Shown here in pieces: positions 19,810 to 31,684 of a stretch of DNA of 64,000 bases; the stretch's first letter is position 1, and every line of letters starts with the position of its first letter. Position numbers and translations under genes: made by a program. A model generated the notes under the pieces. That model ran no database searches, was not told the origin of the DNA, and saw nothing but the letters and a program-made list of their open reading frames with translations. The DNA is from Verrucomicrobiaceae bacterium (lineage in GTDB: Bacteria > Verrucomicrobiota > Verrucomicrobiia > Verrucomicrobiales > Akkermansiaceae), in the NCBI GenBank assembly GCA_051252135.1, contig JBPOGH010000001.1, positions 352,001 to 416,000 on the forward strand, written 5' to 3'.

Positions 19810-20484
19810 TTGGAACTTTTTGGAACACCCCATTTATCAATCCTGTTTCTAGGGGCCATCGCGGGCGCCTTCCTCATTGGAATCAGAAGATTGGGAAAAA
19901 CGTGGCCCGTCGCCCTCCTCGCGTTCCTCAACCTCTCTGCATTTGCTCTCAACCAATTCGTCTACTCCACACTCGGGTATGTCATTCCTATGGATAACAT
20001 TCTCCCGTTCCATCTCTGTGACATCGCATCATTCATCGCCGCCGTAGCGCTCCTCACAAGACACCCGCTCGCGTGCGAACTCTGTTTCTGCTGGGGACTG
20101 GCTGGAACCTTGCAAGCACTGGTCACCCCGAATCTCCCCCACTCCTTTCCACACCTCATCTTCTTCAGCTTTTTCATCCACCATGGAGTCATCGTCATCA
20201 CCGCCCTTTTTCTCCCCCTTGCCGAGGGCTGGAGACCGAGGCCGGGGACTTTCCCGCGTATTCTCATCTGGAACCAGATCTATTTTGGGTTCGCGTTGCT
20301 CATCAATTGGCTCGCGGGTACCAATTTTGGTTTTCTCATGAGAAAGCCTCAGGGAGCCACTCCCATCGACTTCTTCGGTCCCTGGCCCTTCTATTGGATC
20401 CCCCTTCAAATAGCAGCCGCCCTTCTGATGGCTCTCACCCTTCTCCCGTTTTCCAGACGAATAAACGTTTGGCGGTTTGAGTGA
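19810..20484 (+). CDS. TIGR02206/YwaF-type integral membrane protein
   Basis: LPFHLCD, QALVTP, FFIHH and GTNFGFL-KP motifs; multiple TM helices. Confidence 0.8.
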   Translation: MELFGTPHLSILFLGAIAGAFLIGIRRLGKTWPVALLAFLNLSAFALNQFVYSTLGYVIPMDNILPFHLCDIASFIAAVALLTRHPLACELCFCWGLAGTLQALVTPNLPHSFPHLIFFSFFIHHGVIVITALFLPLAEGWRPRPGTFPRILIWNQIYFGFALLINWLAGTNFGFLMRKPQGATPIDFFGPWPFYWIPLQIAAALLMALTLLPFSRRINVWRFE

Positions 20485-20503
20485 ACCAGCGTATGTCGTG
20501 GCC

Positions 20504-21733
20504 ATGAGCGATTCCAAGCCGCCGGCAAAACGCAAACGGGTAAACGTCCGTCGTCCAGATGTCATGGCCCTCGTCCAAGCCGAGGTCGAAAAGCACTACT
20601 ACTCTCCAATCGTCGAAAAACTACGGGATCGCGGTGGTTCGCTCACTTTTGGCAACACCACCGTCCGCCTCGCTGAGCAGTTTGGATTTTGTTACGGAGT
20701 GGAACGGGCCATTGATCTGGCCTACGCCGCCCGTCGGGTATTTCCCGATCAACGAATCTTCCTGATCGGTGAAATCATCCACAACCCCGAGGTCAACCGG
20801 CAGCTGGCCGAGATGAACATTGTCTCCCTTCCCTGGAAGGAAATCACCGAAGATTACGATCAACTGACCGAGGACGATGTCGTGATCGTGCCAGCCTTCG
20901 GAGCCCCGGTCTCCTTTACCGAAAAAATCGAAGAGCAAGGCGCTCACATCATCGACACCACTTGCGGAGACGTCATGAAAGTTTGGCGTCGGGTTCGCAC
21001 CTACGCAAAAGATGGAGTCACCTCAATCATTCACGGAAAGAGGGATCACGAAGAAACTCTCGCGACCGCTTCCCGGGCCATCGGAGAAGACAAGAAGGGC
21101 CATTATTTGGTAATCCTCACCCTTGAGGAGGCCCAAATCGTCACTGACTACATTCGGAACGGCGGAGACCCGGACGCCTTTTTGACTCGTTTTCATAAAG
21201 CTCACTCCGAAGGGTTCAATCCGGATTTACACCTGTCCCAAGTGGGTGTCGCCAATCAAACCACCATGCTGAAAAGTGAAACGGAGGAAATTCAAAAGCG
21301 CGTCCGGGAAGCAATCGTGGAGCGCGATGGGCACGCTGAAAATTTTCGCGTTTTCGATACCATTTGCGGTGCCACCCAGGAACGTCAGGATGCCCTTTTT
21401 GACATGTTGAAAAAACCGATGGACGTCCTCCTCGTTGTCGGTGGATACAACAGCTCGAACACCACCCATCTGGTGGAAATCGGCAACGAAAGTCTTCCCA
21501 CCTACTTCATTCGTGAGGCCTCCTGCCTAAAATCCCTGGAGGACATCGTTCACTTTGACCTCGAACAACATAAAGAGGTCGAATCTCCCAACGTCCTTTC
21601 CGGTTTTGACGATCGCGAGGCAACCATCGGGATCACCGCAGGTGCCTCATGCCCCGCAAATCTGATCGAAGAAACCATCGTCAGGGTTCTCGGCCTTCGG
21701 GGTATTACCCGTGAAATGATTGAAGCTGTTTAG
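20504..21733 (+). CDS. ispH: 4-hydroxy-3-methylbut-2-enyl diphosphate reductase
   Basis: GFCYGVERA, EIIHN, DTTC, QTT, TICGATQERQ, SSNT and TAGASCP motifs. Confidence 0.96.
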   Translation: MSDSKPPAKRKRVNVRRPDVMALVQAEVEKHYYSPIVEKLRDRGGSLTFGNTTVRLAEQFGFCYGVERAIDLAYAARRVFPDQRIFLIGEIIHNPEVNRQLAEMNIVSLPWKEITEDYDQLTEDDVVIVPAFGAPVSFTEKIEEQGAHIIDTTCGDVMKVWRRVRTYAKDGVTSIIHGKRDHEETLATASRAIGEDKKGHYLVILTLEEAQIVTDYIRNGGDPDAFLTRFHKAHSEGFNPDLHLSQVGVANQTTMLKSETEEIQKRVREAIVERDGHAENFRVFDTICGATQERQDALFDMLKKPMDVLLVVGGYNSSNTTHLVEIGNESLPTYFIREASCLKSLEDIVHFDLEQHKEVESPNVLSGFDDREATIGITAGASCPANLIEETIVRVLGLRGITREMIEAV

Positions 21734-21735
21734 GA

Positions 21736-23397
21736 CTATTTCTTAACCACCTCGATCTTCGCGGCAACTTTTGCAGCAACGTCCTTTTTCCCAAGCTTGA
21801 GAAGAGCTGAACGGTACCCACGCAAGACGTCAATATGATTGGGAATCCGGCGATTGGCCTCCTTATACACCTCCGCAGCCTCCTCGGGATTCCCAATTGC
21901 CAAATAATATTCGGCAAGACGAATCTCGACGGGATAATTGAGACTCGGAGGAAGAAGGTTGCTGGTGAAGGACTGTCGATCGATTGCCGACCTGAACCAA
22001 TTGACCGCAGCCAACTTCATCGCGCCCTCCTCCGACACGGCAATCAGCCCCCTGAGCTCAAACGCTAACACCCCCAGTGTTCTCTTTGCCCTCATCCACT
22101 CGGAGTAAGAACTCGTATTCTTGGCCAATTCGACATCCGTATCGAATGATTTGATCCGCTCAATCAGATCCTGAAAGAGCTTCTTCGCACCCTCACGGTC
22201 GTTGGAAACAAGCGCCTTTCTGGTTCCCAGACAAAACGCAAGAGCGTCTCGATACGTCCGGGCCAATGACTTCTCCTCATACCACTGCTCGGCCGGAAGT
22301 TGATCCAGAAGCCGCAGACCGCCATCAAACTCCTCCTTGCTGCTCCCCATGAACGCCAACCTCCCCCCAAGAGTCCGACCTTCCCAAAGAATCAACGAAG
22401 CACCCTCGGAAAAAACCCGGCCCGCCTCCACCTCAAGCCCTGCAAGCTCACCGGCAATTTTCAAGGCCACCTGCCGATCCCCTTTTACGGCATACTGACA
22501 CGCGGCATACACTTTCGCACGATGCCATCCGCCACAGTCGTAAATGCTCACCTTATCACTCTTCATGTAATCCTCATAAAGGGCCACCGCACGATTACAG
22601 CTGTCTATCGATAGGCTCGCATTACCACATCGTGCTTCAAGATGAGCCAAGGTCAGATGGAACGGAGGATAGTCCGGTTGCAATCGGGCCAGTTTGCGGG
22701 CGAAAGGCAGAACGTCGCTCGAGAGCACCTTGCTTGAACCGGCCCCCTCCGCCTGAACACTCACCCAAAATGCCACCACCGGGATATTTTCGGGATTCGA
22801 CCGAATTAACCGCCCCAACTCCTCGATACACTTTGATTGTCCGGGATTCAGTCCACCCGAGCTATCGTATCCATCGCGCGAGAGAAAACTCCCCCACAAC
22901 CTGGACTGAATATCGTTGGGGAATTTCTTTGATACAGCCAAATAGGTCGCCCCCGAAACCGCAGGGCCATTTGCATAGAGGTGACCCACAGCTTCCGCGT
23001 AACCCTTTTCGATTTCGGTCCCAACTCCTGCTTCCAGCAGATCGAGCATCCGGTCCACTGCCGCCTTCCGCTGATCATAAAATTCGTGCTTCCGCCCTGC
23101 CAGCGACATCGCAACTCCCCAATAGGCCATCATGCAATCGGGATCGGCCTTGGCCGCCGCGCAAAAATGCCGATAGGACTCAAAATCCCAAGGACCAATC
23201 AAATGAGCCATCCCTTGGATCACATGGTTGGCAGCAAGATCGGATTTGCTGCTGATCGCCATCTTATTGACAGAGAATTCCGGACGAATCCGGGGAGCCT
23301 CCAGCTTTTGCACCACCGGGTGGATGACCGTGTTCACATCAAACTCACCCCAGGATGGCCCAGCCAGACAAAGCAGGGCAATTAACAAAATTCGCAT
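21736..23397 (-). CDS. Secreted TPR-repeat hypothetical protein
   Basis: Signal peptide MRILLIALLCLAGPSWG; DPDCMMAYWGVAM motif; helical repeats. Confidence 0.7.
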   Translation of the reverse strand: MRILLIALLCLAGPSWGEFDVNTVIHPVVQKLEAPRIRPEFSVNKMAISSKSDLAANHVIQGMAHLIGPWDFESYRHFCAAAKADPDCMMAYWGVAMSLAGRKHEFYDQRKAAVDRMLDLLEAGVGTEIEKGYAEAVGHLYANGPAVSGATYLAVSKKFPNDIQSRLWGSFLSRDGYDSSGGLNPGQSKCIEELGRLIRSNPENIPVVAFWVSVQAEGAGSSKVLSSDVLPFARKLARLQPDYPPFHLTLAHLEARCGNASLSIDSCNRAVALYEDYMKSDKVSIYDCGGWHRAKVYAACQYAVKGDRQVALKIAGELAGLEVEAGRVFSEGASLILWEGRTLGGRLAFMGSSKEEFDGGLRLLDQLPAEQWYEEKSLARTYRDALAFCLGTRKALVSNDREGAKKLFQDLIERIKSFDTDVELAKNTSSYSEWMRAKRTLGVLAFELRGLIAVSEEGAMKLAAVNWFRSAIDRQSFTSNLLPPSLNYPVEIRLAEYYLAIGNPEEAAEVYKEANRRIPNHIDVLRGYRSALLKLGKKDVAAKVAAKIEVVKK

Positions 23398-23479
23398 ATC
23401 CTGTTCTTGTCGAAAAGTCTCACCCTTGGCAATGCCTTTCCCTCGACAGAACGCCCCACCTCCGGTTGACTTGGACCCA

Positions 23480-24289
23480 ATGAAGGTTGCACTGATTGGT
23501 TGTGGAAAAATGGGGCAGGCCCTTGCCTCGGGCTCGGTAAATTCGGGGGCTCTAAAACCCGACCAGCTTTTCTTGTATGATCCTGTTTCAGCAGCAATCG
23601 ATGCTCTCCTTGAAACGATCCCCGACGCCCATCGATGCGCAACCTTGGAGGAAGCGATCACTCAGGCTGACACCCTCCTCATTTGCGTGAAGCCCGGGGA
23701 CGTCTCCGCGGTGATGGAGTGGGTCTCCCAATCGGGTAAGAGTGCACCCGACCTTCTGGCCATCTCAATTGCCGCAGGAGTTCCCATTGCTGCCATGACC
23801 GAAGCCTGTCGCGGAAAAGCCCGCATCGTCCGGGTAATGCCCAACACACCCTGCCTCGTAGGTGAAGGAGCGGCAGCATTCTCCCTGGGTGACAATGCGA
23901 CTGAAGATGATTCAGCACTTATCAAATCACTCCTCGGCTCGGTCGGACTCGTCATCCAGGTTAAGGAACCCTTGCTTGATGCCGTGACCGGGCTCTCCGG
24001 TAGTGGGCCGGCCTATGTGTTCACCATGATCGAAGCTCTCGCTGACGGCGGCCTGCTGGAAGGACTCCCCCGTGATCAGGCTCTCGCTTTGGCCACCCAA
24101 ACAGTACTCGGGGCAGCCAAACTTGTCTCTGAAACGGGACTGCTCCCCGCAGAGCTTCGGGACCGTGTCACCTCCCCGGGCGGTACCACCATCGCGGGGC
24201 TGGCCGCCCTCGAAAGAGGGAATTTTAGATCCTCCGTGATCAGCGCGGTGAGCACCGCAACGGAACGATCCCGTGAATTGGGCCGCTAA
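23480..24289 (+). CDS. proC: Pyrroline-5-carboxylate reductase
   Basis: GCGKMG, VKP, SIAAG, RVMPNTP, GSGPAY and VTSPGGTT motifs. Confidence 0.97.
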   Translation: MKVALIGCGKMGQALASGSVNSGALKPDQLFLYDPVSAAIDALLETIPDAHRCATLEEAITQADTLLICVKPGDVSAVMEWVSQSGKSAPDLLAISIAAGVPIAAMTEACRGKARIVRVMPNTPCLVGEGAAAFSLGDNATEDDSALIKSLLGSVGLVIQVKEPLLDAVTGLSGSGPAYVFTMIEALADGGLLEGLPRDQALALATQTVLGAAKLVSETGLLPAELRDRVTSPGGTTIAGLAALERGNFRSSVISAVSTATERSRELGR

Positions 24290-24357
24290 ATCGCCCCACA
24301 ACTTCCGCTTTTTACTTCCTCTCCCATTTTTCCCGGAACACCCTATCCCCCGCCCGA

Positions 24358-26383
<2,026 letters not shown>

Positions 26384-26401
26384 GGCTGAGCCCTCCCGGC
26401 C

Positions 26402-27214
26402 ATGAGGCCCCTAAATTTTATCGCTCTCCTGCTTTTCTTGGCAGGCACGGTGTGGGTTTTTACCCTCAGCGAGGTCGCAGTGCGTAAAATTCAGAAGGGC
26501 TACTATTCCGCAATCACCCCTTTCATTTCAAAGGGTGGAGATGTCGAGGTGTTCGCCAACAACTTCATTCAGGAGGTCCAACATTCGGAAGACCTGGAGA
26601 AAGAGCTGGATCAGGCATTGCGTGAGCGTGATCGCTTTAAGCTCATTGCCTCACGCGTTCGCGAGTTGGAGGTCGAGAACAACGAACTCCGTAGCGCTCT
26701 CAACTTTAAGAAGCAATCCGAGTTTGATGTTGTCGCTGCCCGCGTCGTCCGCAGGCAGGCCCTCACTTGGGGAAACACCATCGAGATCAACCGCGGAGCT
26801 AATGATCACATCGGAGTATCTCTCTGTGTTTTGGCGTCAAATGGTGGACTGGTTGGACGCATCAATGAACCGGGGGATGATATCTCCTCGGTAATTTTGA
26901 TCACCGACGAACTATCTCAGGTATCCGCCCGTGTGGAAGGAACCTCAGAGGTCGGAATCCTCGTTGGCCAGCGAACAAATTACGGCGAGACGCCCCGGTT
27001 GCGTCTGCGCTACCTCTCAAAAAACGCCATTCTTCAAAAAGGAATGAAAGTTTATACCGACGGGCGGGGAAAGCTTTTCCCTGCGGATATTCCAATCGGA
27101 ACGATCGAAGACTTTGAGCCAGGTCCGGTATACGGCGAGGCTGAAATCAAGCCAGCTGTGGACTTCAATAACCTCAAGACTGTCTTCGTGATCACCGACC
27201 CACCAGGCGATTGA
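26402..27214 (+). CDS. mreC: Rod shape-determining protein MreC
   Basis: N-terminal TM, coiled coil with ENNELR, GLVGRI and FP-DIPIG; follows mreB. Confidence 0.9.
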   Translation: MRPLNFIALLLFLAGTVWVFTLSEVAVRKIQKGYYSAITPFISKGGDVEVFANNFIQEVQHSEDLEKELDQALRERDRFKLIASRVRELEVENNELRSALNFKKQSEFDVVAARVVRRQALTWGNTIEINRGANDHIGVSLCVLASNGGLVGRINEPGDDISSVILITDELSQVSARVEGTSEVGILVGQRTNYGETPRLRLRYLSKNAILQKGMKVYTDGRGKLFPADIPIGTIEDFEPGPVYGEAEIKPAVDFNNLKTVFVITDPPGD

Positions 27215-27225
27215 TCCACGAAACT

Positions 27226-27801
27226 ATGTTCTTTTATCACATCAGTCTCATTGGCCTGCTTTTGCTCAGCTGTATTGTCCAGCAGTTCCTTCCGGCCATC
27301 AGCATCTGGAATGACGCTCGGGTCCTCCTCCTGCCCCTTGTCGTTGTCTGCGGAGCGGCCACCGTGCCAACCGCCAGCATGCTTCTACTGGCTTTCCTCG
27401 GCGGGTTCCTCTGGGACGCACAACAGGTCCTCCTCCCCTCGGTTGTGGATGAAGTCGTCTACCACAGCCCAACTGAAGGGATGAAGTTTGGCTACTCCAT
27501 TCTCCTTTATGCTCTCATGGGTTTCCTGATGCAGGGAATCCAACCTCTCTTCAAACAGGGAAAATGGTATCTTTCAGCAATCCTCACCGGAGTCGCCATC
27601 TTCCTCTATCTTTCCGTGGAATACCTCCTCTTCAGCTTCATCAGGGGCGGATTTGACCTTTCCAATGGAGTCTTAAAGCAAATCTCGATGTCCGCCCTCC
27701 TGACGATGCTCGTTTCCCCTATTATCTTCTGGGCCCTATTCCAAATCGCAAACCTTTGCAGACATGAAATTAGCTACGACTCGCTTCGTAGTCGCTACTA
27801 A
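27226..27801 (+). CDS. mreD: Membrane protein in the MreD position
   Basis: About 5 TM helices with G-LWD motif, between mreC and PBP2. Confidence 0.65.
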   Translation: MFFYHISLIGLLLLSCIVQQFLPAISIWNDARVLLLPLVVVCGAATVPTASMLLLAFLGGFLWDAQQVLLPSVVDEVVYHSPTEGMKFGYSILLYALMGFLMQGIQPLFKQGKWYLSAILTGVAIFLYLSVEYLLFSFIRGGFDLSNGVLKQISMSALLTMLVSPIIFWALFQIANLCRHEISYDSLRSRY

Positions 27802-27815
27802 CTTCTTACAATTCC

Positions 27816-29978
27816 ATGGAACCAAAATATCGCTTCAGACTTTACCTCCTTACCGCCCTGGTTTTGGTCGGTTGCGGAACCCTTTTGTCACAGCTCTACG
27901 AGTTCCAGATTGAAAATCGCGCTCGCTTCGTCGCCAATATCCCCACCACCCATACCGTAAGCGTCCGGGAACCCGGTGTCCGTGGTGAAATCACTGATCG
28001 CAACGGAACAGTCCTGGCTCGTAACAGACGGAGCTATGAGGTGGTCTTTAATCTCGAAGACATCTACCGGAACTGGCAGCTTCAGCACAATAAAGGTCCC
28101 CAACCCGAACTCGAGGAGACCGTCATGGGCCCGGGTGGCATGCCGGTAAAACGGACAAAAAAAGACATCGTCAAGATTGTCAACGAGTGGGTGATCCCCC
28201 GTATCGAATCTTACGGACTCGGAGGAAAACGCTTCAGTCGCGCGCTCAAAACCCATTATGAAACTCATGGCGGATTGGTCCCGTTCACCTACCGCACGGA
28301 CCTCGACTACGACGAATTTGCCCAACTGGCCGAGCGCAGCCTCGATCTCCCCGGTGTTTCGGTGACCGTCAGACCAAGACGGATTTACCCCTACGGCTCC
28401 CTCGCCTGCCACGTTCTTGGAATGGTCAACCAGTGGAAAAATGGCGATATCCCCGATGAATATCGCAAACCACGGATGCACTATCAGGGCGATGACTATG
28501 GCGAGGCCGGAGTCGAAGCCACCATGAACGACCTTTTGAAAGGCGAAGGCGGAATGCGCGTCTATGTACGTAACGAAAAGAACAAAGTCATCGCCGTAGA
28601 AGACTACACCCCTCCCCGCGAAGGCGCCCGTATTGAGCTCACTCTGGATTCCAACATTCAATATGTCGTTGAAAATGTTCTCCGCCGAATCGGCCGCGGT
28701 GCCGCCGTTGTAATGGACCCCGGCACCGGTGAGGTCCTGGCCATGGCTTCCGTTCCCAACTTCGACCCCAACGATTTCGTTCCCAGTATTTCCGACGAGC
28801 AATGGAAGGTCTACCTCGCCAATAAGGCTGACCCCTTCATCAATCGTGCCATCTCGCCGTATACCCCCGGATCCACCTACAAACTTCCCACCGCCATCGC
28901 CGCCATCCGTCACGGCCAGGTCGGTTACGGGCACAACTGCATCGGCTACACGCCATTCGGCAAGCTCCGTATCAAATGCTGGAAAACTGGTGGCCACGGA
29001 CCGCTTGGGCTAAGCGAAGCCATTCAACGTTCCTGTAACCCCTATTTCATGTCCCTCGCCGGCGACCTTCGATCAAAGGCCATGGTGGATACTTTCGACC
29101 TTCTCGGACTCGGGCGTCCCACGGGAATCCGGCTCCCCAATGAAAATGCCGGCATCGTCACCGGGAGCAAATTTTGGAGCCGCGAAATCAAACCCGGAGC
29201 CATCATGACTCCGGCCACCTTGGCCCAGATGGCAATCGGCCAGAGCGACTCGATGGCCACCCCGCTTCAAATGTGCTCGGTCGTAGCTACCATCGCCAAC
29301 GGCGGGCGCTATTACCAACCCCGCATTATTCGCAAAGCGATTGGCACAGACGAATCAGGGAACGAAAAAGTCTTCATCGAAAACATTCCCGTCGTAAAAC
29401 AAGACCTGCTGAAAGAAGGGGTGACCGAGCACAGGCTCGAAGTGATTCGAAAGGGAATGTGGAAAGCCGTCAATGAACAAGGAGGAACCGCTCAGCGGGT
29501 TGCCCTCAAGGACGTCTTCGTGGCCGCCAAGACCGGCACAGCCCAGACAGGCCAAACAAAAGGCGATAAAAATAACGCATGGACCGTTTCGTTCGCTCCC
29601 TATGACAATCCCCGCTACGCCATTTGCGTCATGGTTCGAAATGGCGGGAGTGGTGGTGCCGTAGCCGGGACCTTGTCCCACCTGATTTACCGGGGGATTT
29701 TCGCCATGGAAAATGGCAGCGTCCCCCGCCTTACCAAAATGGGCCTCCACGAAGGCCATTTCGACTTCATTGCCACCCTCGAACTCCCCCCGGGGGACGA
29801 ACTCCCCTTTCAAGTCGAAGACCTCGGCGAAACCGGCAATGAAGTCGACGAAGAACTTCTCCAAGAACGCACCCCTGTAAAAGTCACCCCCAATACCGCT
29901 CCTCTTCCCTCAATCACCCCCGTGGCAGACTCCGAAAAGAAGCCTGCCCGGGCCACCATTGTTGAAGAAGACGAGTGA
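27816..29978 (+). CDS. mrdA: Penicillin-binding protein 2 (class B)
   Basis: RGEITDRNG, R-YPYG, STYK, SCN and KTG motifs; mreBCD context. Confidence 0.92.
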   Translation: MEPKYRFRLYLLTALVLVGCGTLLSQLYEFQIENRARFVANIPTTHTVSVREPGVRGEITDRNGTVLARNRRSYEVVFNLEDIYRNWQLQHNKGPQPELEETVMGPGGMPVKRTKKDIVKIVNEWVIPRIESYGLGGKRFSRALKTHYETHGGLVPFTYRTDLDYDEFAQLAERSLDLPGVSVTVRPRRIYPYGSLACHVLGMVNQWKNGDIPDEYRKPRMHYQGDDYGEAGVEATMNDLLKGEGGMRVYVRNEKNKVIAVEDYTPPREGARIELTLDSNIQYVVENVLRRIGRGAAVVMDPGTGEVLAMASVPNFDPNDFVPSISDEQWKVYLANKADPFINRAISPYTPGSTYKLPTAIAAIRHGQVGYGHNCIGYTPFGKLRIKCWKTGGHGPLGLSEAIQRSCNPYFMSLAGDLRSKAMVDTFDLLGLGRPTGIRLPNENAGIVTGSKFWSREIKPGAIMTPATLAQMAIGQSDSMATPLQMCSVVATIANGGRYYQPRIIRKAIGTDESGNEKVFIENIPVVKQDLLKEGVTEHRLEVIRKGMWKAVNEQGGTAQRVALKDVFVAAKTGTAQTGQTKGDKNNAWTVSFAPYDNPRYAICVMVRNGGSGGAVAGTLSHLIYRGIFAMENGSVPRLTKMGLHEGHFDFIATLELPPGDELPFQVEDLGETGNEVDEELLQERTPVKVTPNTAPLPSITPVADSEKKPARATIVEEDE

Positions 29979-30021
29979 CCTCACACCTCATTAATCTTTC
30001 ACATTAGAAAATTCATCAAAC

Positions 30022-31614
30022 ATGATTAAACGAATCCGTAACGTGCTCGGACTGGGCAATCCAGACCCCAATTCCGGCCGCACTATTGTCATCAACTCCG
30101 AACGCCTTGAACGGCGTGTCGCCCTCCTCGAGGACGGTATTTTGGAAGAATACAATGTCGAACGCGAAGGCGACGACAACATCGTCGGAGGCATCTTCAA
30201 AGGCCGGGTCAAAAACATCGAACCTGGCCTCAAGGCAATGTTCGTTGACATTGGCATGGACAAAAACGCCTTCCTTCACTTCTGGGATGCCATTCCTGCT
30301 GCTCTTGACGGTGGTCTTGAGGAGATCCGTCGCGACGGACGCCCCAAGAAGAAGCAGAAAAAAATCACCTCCAAAGACATCCCGAACATCTACCCCGTGG
30401 GATCGGAGATCATGATTCAGGTCTCCAAAGGGCCGATCGGCAACAAAGGACCGCGAGTCACAACCAATGTCTCCATGGCCGGACGGTATCTCGTCCTGAT
30501 GCCCTTCTCCGACCAATTTGGTATCTCACGTAAGATCGACGATCCCAAGGAACGACAGCGTCTCCGCAAGATCATGCAGAAGCTCAGCGTCCCCGAGGGC
30601 ATGGGAATCATCATGCGCACCGTCGCGATCGGAACTCGTGCCCGCCACTTCGTGAGGGACCTCGCGATGCTTCTGGATCAATGGTATGAGATTGAGGAAA
30701 AGCGCGATTCAAAGTCCGCTCCCGTTGCCTGTTTCCGTGAACCCGATCTTGTGGAAGGAACCGCCCGCGACTTCCTCACCGACGATGTCGACAAGGTCAT
30801 CTGCGACGATGAAAAAACCACTGAGTTCGTTCAGGAAATCGCCTCCAAGGTTTCCCGTCGCGCCAAACGGCGCATTCACTACCTACCCGGAAAACAAACC
30901 ATTTTTGAGCGCTACGGCATTCAAAAGCAAATTGACGAAGCCTTCATGCGTCAGGTCTGGCTTCCGTGCGGCGGCTACATCGTGATCGATGAAACCGAAG
31001 CCCTCATTTCCGTCGACGTCAACACGGGCCGTAATCGCGGCTCCAAGGACGTCGACAAAATGCTCCTTCAAACAAACATTGAAGCTGCGGTCGAAGTGGC
31101 ACGTCAACTCCGGTTGCGAAACATCGGAGGCTTGGTGGTTGTCGACTTCATTGACATGCGCCATCGCCGCGATCAACAGGCGGTTTACCGCACGATGAAG
31201 GACCGATTGTCACGTGATAAGGCCAAGACACAGGTCCTTCAGATTTCCTCGGTCGGCCTGATGGAAATGACCCGTCAACGCCTCAATGAGAGCCTTCTGG
31301 ATTCCACCTTGGAGCCTTGCCCTTACTGTCAGGGACGCGGTCGCATCAAGAACACAATGAGCATGAGCATTGAGATCCAACGGCGCCTCAACACCGTAAT
31401 CCAGCGCCAGCAGGAAAACGAAGATCCCGGCGACCTCGTGGTTGTCGTCAACTCCGACGTCCTCAATCGATTCAAGACCGAGGATTCCAAACTCCTCCGC
31501 GAACTTGAGCGCTCCCACGCCGGACGCCTCATCTTCCGCAGCGATGCCGGAATGCACCGCGAGCGCTTTTCCATCATCGATGCGAAGAGCGAAAAGATTC
31601 TGGTGCAAAGCTAA
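30022..31614 (+). CDS. Rne/Rng family ribonuclease
   Basis: S1 domain, GRYLVLMP, DVNTG, LRNIGGLVVVDFIDM and Zn-link CPYC. Confidence 0.95.
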   Translation: MIKRIRNVLGLGNPDPNSGRTIVINSERLERRVALLEDGILEEYNVEREGDDNIVGGIFKGRVKNIEPGLKAMFVDIGMDKNAFLHFWDAIPAALDGGLEEIRRDGRPKKKQKKITSKDIPNIYPVGSEIMIQVSKGPIGNKGPRVTTNVSMAGRYLVLMPFSDQFGISRKIDDPKERQRLRKIMQKLSVPEGMGIIMRTVAIGTRARHFVRDLAMLLDQWYEIEEKRDSKSAPVACFREPDLVEGTARDFLTDDVDKVICDDEKTTEFVQEIASKVSRRAKRRIHYLPGKQTIFERYGIQKQIDEAFMRQVWLPCGGYIVIDETEALISVDVNTGRNRGSKDVDKMLLQTNIEAAVEVARQLRLRNIGGLVVVDFIDMRHRRDQQAVYRTMKDRLSRDKAKTQVLQISSVGLMEMTRQRLNESLLDSTLEPCPYCQGRGRIKNTMSMSIEIQRRLNTVIQRQQENEDPGDLVVVVNSDVLNRFKTEDSKLLRELERSHAGRLIFRSDAGMHRERFSIIDAKSEKILVQS

Positions 31615-31628
31615 CGCTCCTTCACAAG

Positions 31629-31668
31629 AAAGCCGCAGAGTCCTTTGACTCTGCGGCTTTTTTATTTT
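31629..31668. terminator. Intrinsic terminator between the RNase gene and guaA
   Basis: AAAGCCGCAGAGTC-CTTT-GACTCTGCGGCTTTTTTATTTT. Confidence 0.88.
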
Positions 31669-31684
31669 GAAGAACCGGCAGATG

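Noticed and set aside
23228..23661. Apparent head-to-head overlap of proC and the TPR gene (similarly recN/PhnP-like, argC/argJ, PBP/oxidoreductase)
   Set aside because: Artefact of longest-ORF start choice; motif-based starts remove the overlaps.
27888..28997. Long antisense ORFs (this 369-aa one, also 17573-18583, 55657-56631, 36797-37588 and others)
   Set aside because: They lie opposite well-supported genes, have no recognisable motifs, and are expected shadows of biased codon usage.
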